DNA from: Candidatus Bathyarchaeia archaeon
Lineage (GTDB): Archaea; Thermoproteota; Bathyarchaeia; Bathyarchaeales; Bathycorpusculaceae
Direction of reading: 5' to 3'
DNA length: 52,690 nucleotides
Assembly: GCA_049970895.1 (NCBI GenBank)
Contig: JBMFMB010000010.1
Location: forward strand, 1-52,690
Shown piece after piece: positions 1 through 9,765 of the stretch; the first letter of the stretch is position 1; each line of letters opens with the position of its first letter. The notes under the pieces are model-generated. The model saw nothing but the letters and a program-made list of their open reading frames with translations. It had not been told where the DNA came from and did no database searches. The translations under genes were made by a program, and so were the position numbers.

Positions 1-369
1 CTGGCTAAAATTGATTCTTTCCTTCGGATTTTTTATTAAAACCACCTTATCCTTGTATATTTGTCTAGCTGTTTCATCTTTCTCCGTCCAGTTGCATAGC
101 CAGTCCTCATAGGAAGGCGTGTGATGGTCAAAATGGTAGTGGCTAACGGTCACCAAATCGGCTTTTTCAGCCGACTCAGCTATCCTTCTCCTCGATTCAA
201 TTATAGCCTTATACTCCAGTGGATGGGGAGGCAAACCGTAACGGTTTGGGCAGAGGGAAACCCCGGCATCCAATAAAACCCTAACATCTCTTGTCTCTAC
301 ATATGTGCACATGGAACGAACGCCCAAACTTTCAGCGGCAAGAGGCACAACTTTAATGTGCTTAAGCAT
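1..369 (-). CDS. UPF0282-family metallo-beta-lactamase-fold hydrolase (3' end runs off the window)
   Basis: Not in the ORF track. Manual translation from ATG at 369 gives MLKHIKVVPLAAESLGVRSMCTYVET...LLDAGVSL...TVSHYHFDHH (AAESLGVRS and HxHxDH motifs). Confidence 0.85.
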   Translation of the reverse strand, partial: MLKHIKVVPLAAESLGVRSMCTYVETRDVRVLLDAGVSLCPNRYGLPPHPLEYKAIIESRRRIAESAEKADLVTVSHYHFDHHTPSYEDWLCNWTEKDETARQIYKDKVVLIKNPKERINFSQ

Positions 370-438
370 AGCTCTTCAACAGCCGAACAAGGCTTCAGCT
401 ATAACTTTTTATTCAAGTCAAGCATTTTAGTTTTGCAT

Positions 439-502
439 GGTGGGCGATGACGACTCTGGCCCCACTGAAGCATGATTGGGATCTTGAGTGCGCGAGCCCG
501 CC
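439..502 (+). ncRNA. Candidate C/D-box guide sRNA
   Basis: 7-bp terminal stem GGTGGGC/GCCCGCC, box C-like ATGACGA (447-453), D' CTGA (465-468), C'-like ATGATTG (472-478), degenerate D GCGA (492-495); intergenic, with a T/A-rich box about 30 nt upstream. Confidence 0.6.
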
Positions 503-572
503 CTTAAATTCTGGCAAACCGCAATGGCAAATGTGAAATCTTAGTAAGCAAACATTTTCTCGGTGTTTAAAA

Positions 573-1703
573 TTGACTAGGCTGTACGAGAAGACAGCTC
601 CAATCCCGCCAGAAGAGTATGTGAGGGTTGACCATGAATCTCTGAAAAGCTATGTTGCCACAGTTTTAGCCTCCTACAATGTGCCTAAAGAGGATGCACA
701 AATAGTTGCTGATGTACTTGTGACCGCCGACCTTATGGGCATTGAAAGCCACGGGGTTCAAAGGCTTAGAAGATACACCACGGGCATTCAAGTGGGCTCT
801 GTAAATCCCAAGCCTAACATCAAGGTTGTGAGCGAGTCAGCTTCAACGGCGTTAATTGATGGAGACTCTGGGCTTGGCCAAGTTGTCGCCCACGAGGCCA
901 TGGAAATCGCTGTCAAGAAAGCCGGCGAAGTTGGCGTTTCAGCTGTAGGTGTTAGAAACAGCCATCATTTCGGCATAGCCGGGTATTATGCGCTTCAGGC
1001 TGTTAGACGTGGCATGATAGGCATTGTGATGACCAATTCAGAAGCTTTAGTGGCTTACACGCACACCATTGGCAGAAATATTGGTACAAACCCAATAGCA
1101 GTAGGCTTTCCAACTAGAAAGCCGCCGCCGGTACTATTTGATGCAGCCACAAGCGTTGTGCCAATAGGAAAGATAGAAGTCTACGCCAAAGAGGGAAAGA
1201 AGATACCATTGGGATGGGCCATTTCCCCTGAAGGCAAACTTTTAGACAATCCAATGGAAGTTTTAGCCAAGAAATGTGCTCTGCTTCCGGTGGGCGGGCT
1301 TGGCGAAGACTTCGGTGGACACAAGGGAGCCGGCTTGGCACTTGTTATAGATTTGTTGTGCGGCGTTTTGACGGGAGCCAATTATGGCAAAAATGTAAAG
1401 CACACAACGGAAAAGGACCATGCCAACGTTGGACACTTCATGATAGCCATAGACATAAACAAGCTAACACCAATAGAAACTTTCCTAGAAAGAATAGAAG
1501 AATACAAGAATTACTTGAAAAACTTAACAAAAATATCGGAAAATACCGAGGTTTGGATACCCGGAGAAAAGGCATGGCTAACCATGGAAACAAGGAAGAA
1601 GATAGGGATACCCATCCATAAAAATATTTTAAAGGAAATAAGAGAGGAAGCCGCGAAAGTAGGCTTGGAATTTAACGTTAAAGTTGTGAAGGAGACAGCC
1701 TAA
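573..1703 (+). CDS. Ldh_2-family (malate/L-lactate/sulfolactate type 2) oxidoreductase
   Basis: ADLMGIESHG, NSHHFG, GTNPIA and GGHKG motifs. Confidence 0.9.
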   Translation: MTRLYEKTAPIPPEEYVRVDHESLKSYVATVLASYNVPKEDAQIVADVLVTADLMGIESHGVQRLRRYTTGIQVGSVNPKPNIKVVSESASTALIDGDSGLGQVVAHEAMEIAVKKAGEVGVSAVGVRNSHHFGIAGYYALQAVRRGMIGIVMTNSEALVAYTHTIGRNIGTNPIAVGFPTRKPPPVLFDAATSVVPIGKIEVYAKEGKKIPLGWAISPEGKLLDNPMEVLAKKCALLPVGGLGEDFGGHKGAGLALVIDLLCGVLTGANYGKNVKHTTEKDHANVGHFMIAIDINKLTPIETFLERIEEYKNYLKNLTKISENTEVWIPGEKAWLTMETRKKIGIPIHKNILKEIREEAAKVGLEFNVKVVKETA

Positions 1704-1713
1704 CACTGCGGCT

Positions 1714-2295
1714 CTATTGGAAGTCTTCTGGTTTCTCCCAGAGTTCCAACATTCCCTTTTTAAGCTCTCTGCGTTTTCTATGGAGGAATTTGTATACTGT
1801 TGCGTGTTGCCGCCCCTCAATGAGCATTTGGATAGCTTCCCTTGCCACTTGAGTTTGCTCAATTTTTCCAATGATGCTTACAGTATGTCCGTAAACGGCT
1901 ATGTTGGTGTCCGTTAGCTCCTCAATCATTCTTCTTGTTTTGCCGTCCATTCCAATTATTCGACCCTTCACACGCCTTATGTCCGATTCCGACCTTCCAA
2001 AAATTATTCGAAGGTCTATTATGTCCAAGACGGCCTCTTCGTCATGAATCAACCTAAAAGCACGTTCTGGCGAGAAGCCCCTGCCTATGGCTGTTACAAC
2101 GTCTTTCGCCCTTAAAAGGACGGATGGATCTTCAGCGTTTTCAACCAATGTAATTGTTACGCCACCCGTGTCACTTTCTACTTGAAGCTCAACTGAGAGC
2201 ATCTTCTCAATAGCCCTTTTAGTCTCCCCTTTAGGGCCTATTAGCACGCCGACACGTTCCTTTGGAATTCTTACGAAGGTGCTAGGCTGAATCAA
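1714..2295 (-). CDS. KH-domain rRNA-processing protein (Dim2/Pno1-like)
   Basis: Two KH GxxG loops (LIGPKG, RIIGMDG); conserved linkage to RIO1 and aIF-1A. Confidence 0.92.
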   Translation of the reverse strand: MIQPSTFVRIPKERVGVLIGPKGETKRAIEKMLSVELQVESDTGGVTITLVENAEDPSVLLRAKDVVTAIGRGFSPERAFRLIHDEEAVLDIIDLRIIFGRSESDIRRVKGRIIGMDGKTRRMIEELTDTNIAVYGHTVSIIGKIEQTQVAREAIQMLIEGRQHATVYKFLHRKRRELKKGMLELWEKPEDFQ

Positions 2296-3094
2296 CTTCG
2301 GTTACCACCTTATAAAACTCGTTTGGCGAAAGAACTTCAACGCCTAAACGGCTGAAAAACCTGTTGATGTTGGCTATGTCCCTATTTAGGAGGAAGTCAG
2401 CCATTGGATGGGATAATGGAACAGCCTGCGACATGTCAAAGAACACTGGTCGTCCCCTCCAGATCATAATGTTGTATTCGCTTAAGTCCCCGTGCACAAG
2501 CTCAGCCTTCTGGTAGAGGCGCTTCAAATAGGTTATGATCATTTTGTAGACTTTGTCCGGGTTTTCAGGAGGCTGCTCCTTCATTGACGGCGCACTCACG
2601 CCATTTTTCCCGATAAATTCCATTATGAGCACGTTGTTCCTAACGGCTATGGGTTTTGGCACTCTAACCTTTGCGGCTATCGCCTGTTCAAGATTTTTAA
2701 ATTCCTTCTGAGCCCATGCAAAGATTAATGAGCGTGTGTCGCGCTTTACATTTTTAAACCTTGGGTCTCCCTCTATGTATTTCAGCATTCCCTTTCTAAA
2801 CTCTGCGGAAACTGTTAGGTAGATTTTTATTGCCAACTCATTTCCAGCCTTGTCCTTGCCCCAATAAACGCGGGACTCTTTTCCAGCCTTCACAACGCCG
2901 TAGATTCTGTCTATGACGCCGCTGTTCATGAAGTCGTATATGACCATGAGGGTTGAGCGGTCGAAAACCTCCTCTAAAACTTCGTATTCCTCGCTTCTTT
3001 TCTCCTTCATCAACTGTTCAATTTCGTATTCTTTCTCCTCTTCATGGAGCTTTTTCTCAACGCGTTCTCGAAAAGCCAATTTTATAACCAGCAT
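2282..3094 (-). CDS. rio1: RIO1 serine/threonine kinase
   Basis: GKESRVY, AIKIY, LVHGDLSEYN and DMSQAV motifs; no N-terminal wHTH. Confidence 0.93.
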   Translation of the reverse strand: MLVIKLAFRERVEKKLHEEEKEYEIEQLMKEKRSEEYEVLEEVFDRSTLMVIYDFMNSGVIDRIYGVVKAGKESRVYWGKDKAGNELAIKIYLTVSAEFRKGMLKYIEGDPRFKNVKRDTRSLIFAWAQKEFKNLEQAIAAKVRVPKPIAVRNNVLIMEFIGKNGVSAPSMKEQPPENPDKVYKMIITYLKRLYQKAELVHGDLSEYNIMIWRGRPVFFDMSQAVPLSHPMADFLLNRDIANINRFFSRLGVEVLSPNEFYKVVTEVDSA

Positions 3095-3095
3095 C

Positions 3096-3401
3096 CTAAA
3101 TTGTTAAGTAGCCATTTTTGCGGAGCCACTCCGCTTGTGCATGCGTGTAACGCCAAATTACGTCTCCGCGGGTGTTGGACTGGAAATCCCATGGGGAAAC
3201 TAAGACGACGTCTCCCTCGCGGATCCAAACACGCCTTTTCATCTTACCTCTTATACGGCATAATCGCTCATTCCCATCTTGGCACTTAACCAAGACTCGG
3301 TCAAAACCGAGAAGCTTAACGGCTACGCCTAAAACATCAGTTCCAGACGGGAGTACCATCTCGCTCAATTCTTCTTCGCTTATTACCTTCTTCTTTCCCA
3401 A
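3096..3401 (-). CDS. eif1a: Translation initiation factor aIF-1A
   Basis: RLCRIRGKMKRRVWIREGDVVLVSPWDFQ signature. Confidence 0.96.
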   Translation of the reverse strand: MGKKKVISEEELSEMVLPSGTDVLGVAVKLLGFDRVLVKCQDGNERLCRIRGKMKRRVWIREGDVVLVSPWDFQSNTRGDVIWRYTHAQAEWLRKNGYLTI

Positions 3402-3496
3402 CCAAGCACCTCAAGGCATCCAACATTAACATTTTCGTTATAAAGAGACATGCTTCTCCCTTAAAAGCATGTATGCTTAACAAAAGCCAAGAAACT

Positions 3497-3793
3497 CTAA
3501 AGCTTCACTATTTGGGCGTGCGGAACACCCTCTATGTTTAGAATAGCCTCCGGATGGACATAGCCCTTTTCAACAGCCTTTTTCACGACGTTTTTCCCAA
3601 CCATATTTACAATTGTTGAGTTTTCTATCATGGCTATGGCTTCTTCAAGCTCCACCTCCACGCCTTTATAGAATTCTTCCGTTACATGGAAGACGATTTT
3701 TCCCTCACGCAATGTTTTTCCAAGAATTTCGGCGTCGCAAATGGACAACAATACATTGTTGCCGATTTTCCGGATTTTCATGTAGCACTTCAA
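3497..3793 (-). CDS. DUF424 family protein
   Basis: CDAEILGK...FYKG...NMVG...GVPHAQ pattern; usual neighbour of aIF-2beta. Confidence 0.88.
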   Translation of the reverse strand: MKCYMKIRKIGNNVLLSICDAEILGKTLREGKIVFHVTEEFYKGVEVELEEAIAMIENSTIVNMVGKNVVKKAVEKGYVHPEAILNIEGVPHAQIVKL

Positions 3794-3806
3794 CTTTCAA
3801 ACACTC

Positions 3807-4217
3807 TTATAAGTGCCTAACAGAGGATTTTGCGCCGCAAGCCTCACATACGAGGAAGGAAAGGCGTTTCTCCTTAACAATTTTTGTGTCTGGGCGTTTG
3901 CATACTGGGCATATAACGAAGGTTTCCATATATCGCTGGAGAAGCCTCTCAATGGTTTCCCTTGGGAACTTGCCTTGAAAAATAACCCTTGACTCTTGCA
4001 TTATTGCTGCGGTTGCCAACTCCCCTGTTAGAAACTTTAAGATGTGCTGAGGGTCGCGGTTCAGTATTTCGGCAATTTCCTTAAAATTGTGGATTATTGT
4101 GCGCATGCCCACAACCGTGTAGTGGAGGTTTGGAATTTCCAGTCTCTCCCGTTTTGAAGTGATTTCCGGAAGCTGGGATCGCGCCCTTTTTAGCAATGCT
4201 TCATAGTCATATTTCAT
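3807..4217 (-). CDS. eif2b: Translation initiation factor aIF-2 beta subunit
   Basis: YEALLKRA...LNRDPQH...CPVCKRPDT...CEACGA zinc ribbon; start taken at MKYDY (4217). Confidence 0.95.
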   Translation of the reverse strand: MKYDYEALLKRARSQLPEITSKRERLEIPNLHYTVVGMRTIIHNFKEIAEILNRDPQHILKFLTGELATAAIMQESRVIFQGKFPRETIERLLQRYMETFVICPVCKRPDTKIVKEKRLSFLVCEACGAKSSVRHL

Positions 4218-4284
4218 TGGCTGGTGCTCCAAAAAGCATAATGGAATCATTCTATTTAAAACTTAATACGCCAAAACAAGAAAC

Positions 4285-4818
4285 GTGATGGACGAGGGAA
4301 AATGTTTGGGCTACATCTACCTTTATACCGGAACTGGTGGCGGTAAAACGACAAACGCTTTAGGGTTGGCGTTGCGTTCTGTTGGACACAAGCGCAAGGT
4401 GGTCATAATACAGTTTCTAAAATGGTGGAAAAACACTGGTGAATACAAAGTTAGAAAGATGCTTGCACCATATTATGAGATTTACCAGTTCGGTCGTAGA
4501 GGATGGCATGGGCTTAACAACCTAAGCGAAGAAGACAAGAAACTAGCAAAAAAAGCATTAAAGTTTGCAGAGAAAATTGTTAAGGAGAAAAAGCCCCACC
4601 TACTCGTTCTGGACGAGATCAATTTGGCTTTACACTGCAAACTTCTAGACATAAAAGAAGTTTTAGAATTTTTAGACAAAATTCCAAAAAGAACAGATGT
4701 TGTTCTGACAGGACGGTATGCGCCAAAAGAATTGATTGGCAGAGCTGATTTCGTAAACGAGATTGTCGACGTCAAGCATCCAGAAGAAATGGTTACAACG
4801 AAGGGTATACAGTATTAA
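4285..4818 (+). CDS. cobO: Cob(I)yrinic acid a,c-diamide adenosyltransferase (CobO/BtuR)
   Basis: YTGTGGGKTT P-loop, IQFLK, LVLDEI, VVLTGR and C-terminal KGIQY. Confidence 0.9.
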   Translation: MMDEGKCLGYIYLYTGTGGGKTTNALGLALRSVGHKRKVVIIQFLKWWKNTGEYKVRKMLAPYYEIYQFGRRGWHGLNNLSEEDKKLAKKALKFAEKIVKEKKPHLLVLDEINLALHCKLLDIKEVLEFLDKIPKRTDVVLTGRYAPKELIGRADFVNEIVDVKHPEEMVTTKGIQY

Positions 4819-4906
4819 ACTTTGTGCGGAACGCTTTGCAAAAACCAATTGAAAAGCTTAAAGGCTCCTCAACATTTAGTGTTTAATTCTCAACGGTGGA
4901 GGATGC

Positions 4907-6304
4907 TTGAAAAGGAAAGGTCACCCATACATCCCGAACTCTAATCCAGAAATTAAGCAAGAGCTGATGAGGGAGATAGGCGTAAAAAGCATCAAGGAAC
5001 TTTATGCTGACGTCCCAGAGAAGTACCTTCTGAAAAAACCGCTGAATCTCCCAGAAGCTATGTCAGAGTTTGAGGTTAAAAGGCATGTTGAAGCCTTGTT
5101 GTCAAAGAACAAGACATGCGAGGACCTGCCCATTTTTCTTGGTGCCGGATGTTGGCCCCATTATGTACCAGCCGCTGTAAGGGAGGTTGTCCAAAGAAGC
5201 GAGTTCCTAACCTCTTACACACCTTATCAACCTGAAATTTCGCAAGGCATGCTCCAAACACTCTTCGAATATCAGAGCATGATTTGCGAGTTAACAGCCA
5301 TGGATGTTGCCAACTGCTCCATGTACGATTGGGCTTCAGCCTTAGGCGAGGCGGCACGCATGGCTTCGAGGGTGACTAGGCGAAACGAAATATTGATTCC
5401 AAGGATTATACATCCAGAGCGGAAGGTAACCCTCAAAACCTATACTGAACCAGCCAACATAAGCATAAAAGAGGTAGCCTACAACCCAGAAACTGGGCAA
5501 ATAGACTTAAGCGATTTAGAAAGCAAAATTTCCAATAAAACAGCCGCCGTTTACATAGAAAACCCATCTTATCTAGGCTTTGTTGAAGAACACGTTGACG
5601 AAATAAGCAGTTTAGCCCACAAGCACGGCGCCCTATTCATAGTTGGCGTTGACCCAACATCCCTTGGAATTTTAAAACCTCCGGGCGAGTATGGCGCAGA
5701 CATCGTGGTTGGTGAGGCCCAACCCCTTGGAAATCCCATGAATTTTGGCGGCCCTCTCCTAGGCATTTTTGCATGTCGCGACGACTTGAACCTAATTAGG
5801 CAGATGCCGGGGCGCATCATAGGCTTAACAACAACTACTAATGGAGGCAGGCAAGGTTTCTGTATGGTTCTGCAAACTCGCGAGCAGCACATAAGGAGGG
5901 AAAAGGCCACCTCAAACATATGTTCTAACGAGGCATTGTGTGCTGTGGCCTCAGCTGTTTACATGGCTTTGCTGGGGCCTCAGGGATTGCGGGAGCTGGG
6001 CGAAACAATAATGTATAAGGCTAATTATGCTATGCGCTTGCTTTCAAAGATTAAAGGCGTGAATACACCAGTTTTTAAATCCGTGCATTTTAAGGAGTTC
6101 ACTGTAAACTTTGACAGTGCAGGCTTAAGCGCTAAAGAGGTTAATGAAAAGCTTCTTAAAATGGGGGTTCATGGAGGCAAGGACGTTTCAAGGGAGTTTC
6201 CAGAACTGGGGCAAACGGCTCTCTACTGTGTGACTGAAATCCATTCTAAGGAGGATATTGAGCTTCTCGCAAAATTGCTTGAAAGAATTGTCAAGGATAG
6301 GTGA
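4907..6304 (+). CDS. gcvPA: Glycine cleavage system P protein subunit 1
   Basis: FLTSYTPYQPEISQG and QTREQHIRREKATSNICSN motifs. Confidence 0.96.
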   Translation: MKRKGHPYIPNSNPEIKQELMREIGVKSIKELYADVPEKYLLKKPLNLPEAMSEFEVKRHVEALLSKNKTCEDLPIFLGAGCWPHYVPAAVREVVQRSEFLTSYTPYQPEISQGMLQTLFEYQSMICELTAMDVANCSMYDWASALGEAARMASRVTRRNEILIPRIIHPERKVTLKTYTEPANISIKEVAYNPETGQIDLSDLESKISNKTAAVYIENPSYLGFVEEHVDEISSLAHKHGALFIVGVDPTSLGILKPPGEYGADIVVGEAQPLGNPMNFGGPLLGIFACRDDLNLIRQMPGRIIGLTTTTNGGRQGFCMVLQTREQHIRREKATSNICSNEALCAVASAVYMALLGPQGLRELGETIMYKANYAMRLLSKIKGVNTPVFKSVHFKEFTVNFDSAGLSAKEVNEKLLKMGVHGGKDVSREFPELGQTALYCVTEIHSKEDIELLAKLLERIVKDR

Positions 6305-6311
6305 AAAGTGG

Positions 6312-7844
6312 ATGTTTAGGCAAGCTCAATGGAACGAACCATTAATATTTAATCTTGGAAAAGCCGGAAGGGTAGGCCATGTTTTACCAAACGTTGAGGA
6401 GGATGTTAAAAAGGCTGTTGGCGACTTGTACGAGTTAATTCCAGAAAACCTGCGGAGGAAAAATGCGCCTAGGCTTCCTGAACTTTCAGAGCCTGAGGTT
6501 GTCCGCCATTTTATTCGGCTTTCGGAAATGAATTATGGTGTTGATTCAGGGCTTTATCCCCTTGGAAGTTGCACAATGAAGTACAACCCAAAAATAAACG
6601 AGTTTTTAGCTGGTTTGCCAAAATTGAGTATGCTTCATCCATACCAAGACGAAAGCACTGTGCAGGGCATTTTAGAAATCCTTTATAGGCTTGAGCGTTG
6701 GCTCGCCGAAATAACGGGAACAGCCGAAGTCTGCTTACAACCAGCTGCTGGCGCCCATGGAGAATTTTTAGGCGTATGCATTATGCGCGCTTACCACAAG
6801 CTGAAGGGTGAACTTGAAAAACGGAAAGACGTGCTTGTTCCGGATTCAGCCCATGGGACCAATCCAGCAAGTGCGGCTATGGCTGGCTTCAATGTTGTTG
6901 TAATTCCTTCTGATGAAGAGGGCTATGTGGACTTGGAAGCTTTGAAGGCGGCTGTTTCTGATAGAACTGCTGGTTTGATGCTTACAAATCCAAACACGTT
7001 GGGGATATTTGAAAAGAATATTGAGGAGATAGCCAAAATAGTCCATGAGGCTGGCGGGCTCCTTTATTACGATGGGGCAAACCTAAACCCAATACTTTGT
7101 AAGGTTAGACCGGGCGATATGGGCTTCGACATAGTTCACATAAACATTCACAAGACCTTTGGTACACCCCACGGTGGTGGGGGCCCGGGTGCTGGACCAG
7201 TGGGCGTTGCCGAAGAATTAGTCAAGTTCCTGCCCGTTCCAAGAATTGTATTTGATGGTGAACACTACCGTCTAGATTATGATAGGCCCCATAGTATTGG
7301 TAAGATTCGATGCTTTTATGGTAATGTTGCTGTTTTGTTGAAGGCCTACGCTTACATCTTAAGCCTTGGACAAGAAGGGTTAAGGGAGGTTGCCGAAGTT
7401 TCTGTTTTAAATGCGAACTATGTTACGCGGAAGCTTCTGGAGATTGAAGGCTTAGCGCTTCCATATAGCAGCGGGAAACACCGAAAACATGAGTGTGTTT
7501 TCAGTGCCAAGCCGTTGAAGAACAAGACTGGAGTTTCAGCCTTAAACATTGCAAAACGCCTATTAGATCATGGACTGCATGCACCAACAATCTATTTCCC
7601 ATTGATTGTTGAGGAAGCATTAATGATTGAGCCTACAGAAACGGCTGAAAAGGAGGAGTTGGACCGTTTCATAGAGGCTATGCGGGAAATCTGCAGAGAA
7701 GCCCATGAAAACCCTGAAAAAGTCTTGAAGGCGCCATATAACACTGCTGTTCAAAGGCTTGATGAGGTTAGGGCTTCGCATCCTCAGACAACGGCTTTAA
7801 GCTGGCGGATGTATCAGAAAAAGTTGGTTTCCAAGAACCCATAA
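6312..7844 (+). CDS. gcvPB: Glycine cleavage system P protein subunit 2
   Basis: YPLGSCTMKYNP, SAHGTNPASA and HKTFGTPHGGGGPG (PLP lysine); start set at ATG 6312 after the gcvPA stop. Confidence 0.96.
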   Translation: MFRQAQWNEPLIFNLGKAGRVGHVLPNVEEDVKKAVGDLYELIPENLRRKNAPRLPELSEPEVVRHFIRLSEMNYGVDSGLYPLGSCTMKYNPKINEFLAGLPKLSMLHPYQDESTVQGILEILYRLERWLAEITGTAEVCLQPAAGAHGEFLGVCIMRAYHKLKGELEKRKDVLVPDSAHGTNPASAAMAGFNVVVIPSDEEGYVDLEALKAAVSDRTAGLMLTNPNTLGIFEKNIEEIAKIVHEAGGLLYYDGANLNPILCKVRPGDMGFDIVHINIHKTFGTPHGGGGPGAGPVGVAEELVKFLPVPRIVFDGEHYRLDYDRPHSIGKIRCFYGNVAVLLKAYAYILSLGQEGLREVAEVSVLNANYVTRKLLEIEGLALPYSSGKHRKHECVFSAKPLKNKTGVSALNIAKRLLDHGLHAPTIYFPLIVEEALMIEPTETAEKEELDRFIEAMREICREAHENPEKVLKAPYNTAVQRLDEVRASHPQTTALSWRMYQKKLVSKNP

Positions 7845-7855
7845 CCTTTTATATT

Positions 7856-8185
7856 GTGCCTTCGCTTTATTTCCGAGAAAATTTGGATGTGTTGGATTTG
7901 AACGAGCTGGAAAATAAAGTGTATGAGGCTGTTGGAAAAGTTGTCGACCCAGAGACTGGAATGACATTTGCGGAGATGCATATGATTAAAAGCGTAAAGG
8001 AAGAGGAGCCCGGAGTTGTCAAAGTCGAGTTTATTCCCTCAAGCCCCTTCTGTCCAATAGCCTTTAAACTAGCCATGGACATTAAACGAGAAGCCTTAAA
8101 AGTTCCAGGCGTCAAAAAAGCGCTGGTTTATTGCCGCGGACATACGATGGAGCAGCAGATTAACGAGGCGACAAACAAGGAATAA
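7856..8185 (+). CDS. DUF59 / Fe-S cluster assembly protein
   Basis: VVDPETG and PSSPFCP motifs. Confidence 0.85.
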   Translation: MPSLYFRENLDVLDLNELENKVYEAVGKVVDPETGMTFAEMHMIKSVKEEEPGVVKVEFIPSSPFCPIAFKLAMDIKREALKVPGVKKALVYCRGHTMEQQINEATNKE

Positions 8186-8217
8186 TAGGGCGAAAATTCC
8201 TTCACTCTTTTTACCCA

Positions 8218-9105
8218 GTGAGTGTTAGAGTTATGCGTGTTAAGGGCGAGCATGAAATATACTGTTGTGGCGCCCGTGTCCGCATTTCTGAGAAGGGCGT
8301 AGAAGTTTTAAGCGAACCGCTAATTGAGTACTGCCCCCTTCATGAGGCTCTTTATGGCACTAAAAAGATTGACGTGGAGGCTGTGCGGAAAAGCGTTGAA
8401 ATGAAGATTAATGGCTTCGGTTTTTGTTGTGGAAACCGTGCTTTCAGCGATGAGCCTATTGTTGCTTATGGGGCTTCCGAAATGATGAGCGTTTGGCTTG
8501 AGAAGAGGCTTATTGACAGTGCAGTTGTTGTCTGCGAAGGCGCTGGCACAGTCATAACTTCTAATGGGAGGCTTGTGCAAGCCATTGGTGCTCGCCTAAC
8601 TGGAATAGTGAGGACTTCGCCGATACCGGAGATAATCCAAAAAATTATGGGTGGAGGCGGATTTGTTCTAGACGAGAAAAGTGCTGTCATTGATCAGGTT
8701 GGCGGGGTTAGGAAGGCTTTGGATTTGGGGTTTAGGCGTGTTGCTGTAAGTGTTGCTGGCTTCCAGTCGAAAGCCATAAGCGAAATCAGAAGGCTTGAGG
8801 CGGAAAGGAAAGCCGATGTTCTAATTTTTTCCGTCTGCAATACTTGTGTTGGCAAGGCAGATGTAGAGCACATAGCTGAGGCGGATATTGTTTGTGCAAG
8901 TGCTTCGAGGATAATTCGAGAGGAAATTGGTAAAAGTGCCCTTTTACAGTTGGGTGTGACTATACCCGTTTATGCCCTGACCGATAAGGGGAAACGCCTC
9001 GTTTTGGCTTACTTGGCAGAGTTTAAGGATAGGCTTGTCATTTATAGAACTGGCAAACTGCCATATGTTGTTGGGAATAAGGGACCAAGGCTTAAAAGAG
9101 TCTAA
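8218..9105 (+). CDS. DUF2099 / methanogenesis marker protein 8 family
   Basis: PLIEYCPL, GASE, VVVCEGAGTVI, IDQVGGV and CASAS patterns. Confidence 0.85.
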   Translation: MSVRVMRVKGEHEIYCCGARVRISEKGVEVLSEPLIEYCPLHEALYGTKKIDVEAVRKSVEMKINGFGFCCGNRAFSDEPIVAYGASEMMSVWLEKRLIDSAVVVCEGAGTVITSNGRLVQAIGARLTGIVRTSPIPEIIQKIMGGGGFVLDEKSAVIDQVGGVRKALDLGFRRVAVSVAGFQSKAISEIRRLEAERKADVLIFSVCNTCVGKADVEHIAEADIVCASASRIIREEIGKSALLQLGVTIPVYALTDKGKRLVLAYLAEFKDRLVIYRTGKLPYVVGNKGPRLKRV

Positions 9106-9183
9106 ATGCTATGATAACCAAAATGCTTAAGTGAAGAGAAGGCGATATCTTTCTGCAACAGATGGAAAGGTGTTGATTTAGGT

Positions 9184-9660
9184 TTGGCAGTTGAAGGTTT
9201 TTCGGGAAGTAGAAAACCAGTAGACGTGAAAGTAGGCGAATTAACTCCCGCCTCAAGAGCTGTAAACGTGAAGGCAAAAGTAGTTTCAAAAAGCGAGGTT
9301 AGAAGCATAGCCTCTGGAAGAGACGGAGCACCCCACACAGTCTGCGACGCTTTGATAGGCGATGAAACGGGCTGCATCTACCTAACCCTTTGGGACGACA
9401 ACATAGCCAAAGTTAAAGAGGGCGAAACAATAAGCATAGGAAACGGCTACGTAACCCTATTCAAAGGAAGCATGCGCCTAAACGTTGGGAGATACGGCAC
9501 CCTTGAAGTGGCAAAAGAAGCCCTAACAGTCGAAGTGAACACACAAAACAATCTATCCTCAAAAGTTTATGAGCAGCAGAGACGCCCATTCAGAGGACGT
9601 GGTGGAAGAGACTTCGGCGGAAAGGAAAGAAGAGGCGGATTCCGCCCAAGAAGATACTAA
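9184..9660 (+). CDS. ssb: Single-stranded DNA-binding protein (single OB fold with Gly/Arg-rich tail)
   Basis: IGDETGCIYLTLWD and LNVGRYG OB motifs; RGRGG-rich C-terminus. Confidence 0.88.
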   Translation: MAVEGFSGSRKPVDVKVGELTPASRAVNVKAKVVSKSEVRSIASGRDGAPHTVCDALIGDETGCIYLTLWDDNIAKVKEGETISIGNGYVTLFKGSMRLNVGRYGTLEVAKEALTVEVNTQNNLSSKVYEQQRRPFRGRGGRDFGGKERRGGFRPRRY

Positions 9661-9765
9661 AAGTTAAGCCCACTTCATCCCGAAATTATCGTGAAACCTT
9701 TTTGTCAGCCCCCTATTTTCTCCACAACAAAATCTTTAGCTTAAGGTTGGATTAAAGGCTTTAAC

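Noticed and set aside
3448-3472. Inverted repeat ACATGCTT-N9-AAGCATGT upstream of aIF-1A
   Set aside because: Single occurrence with no supporting regulator; could be chance or a weak terminator.
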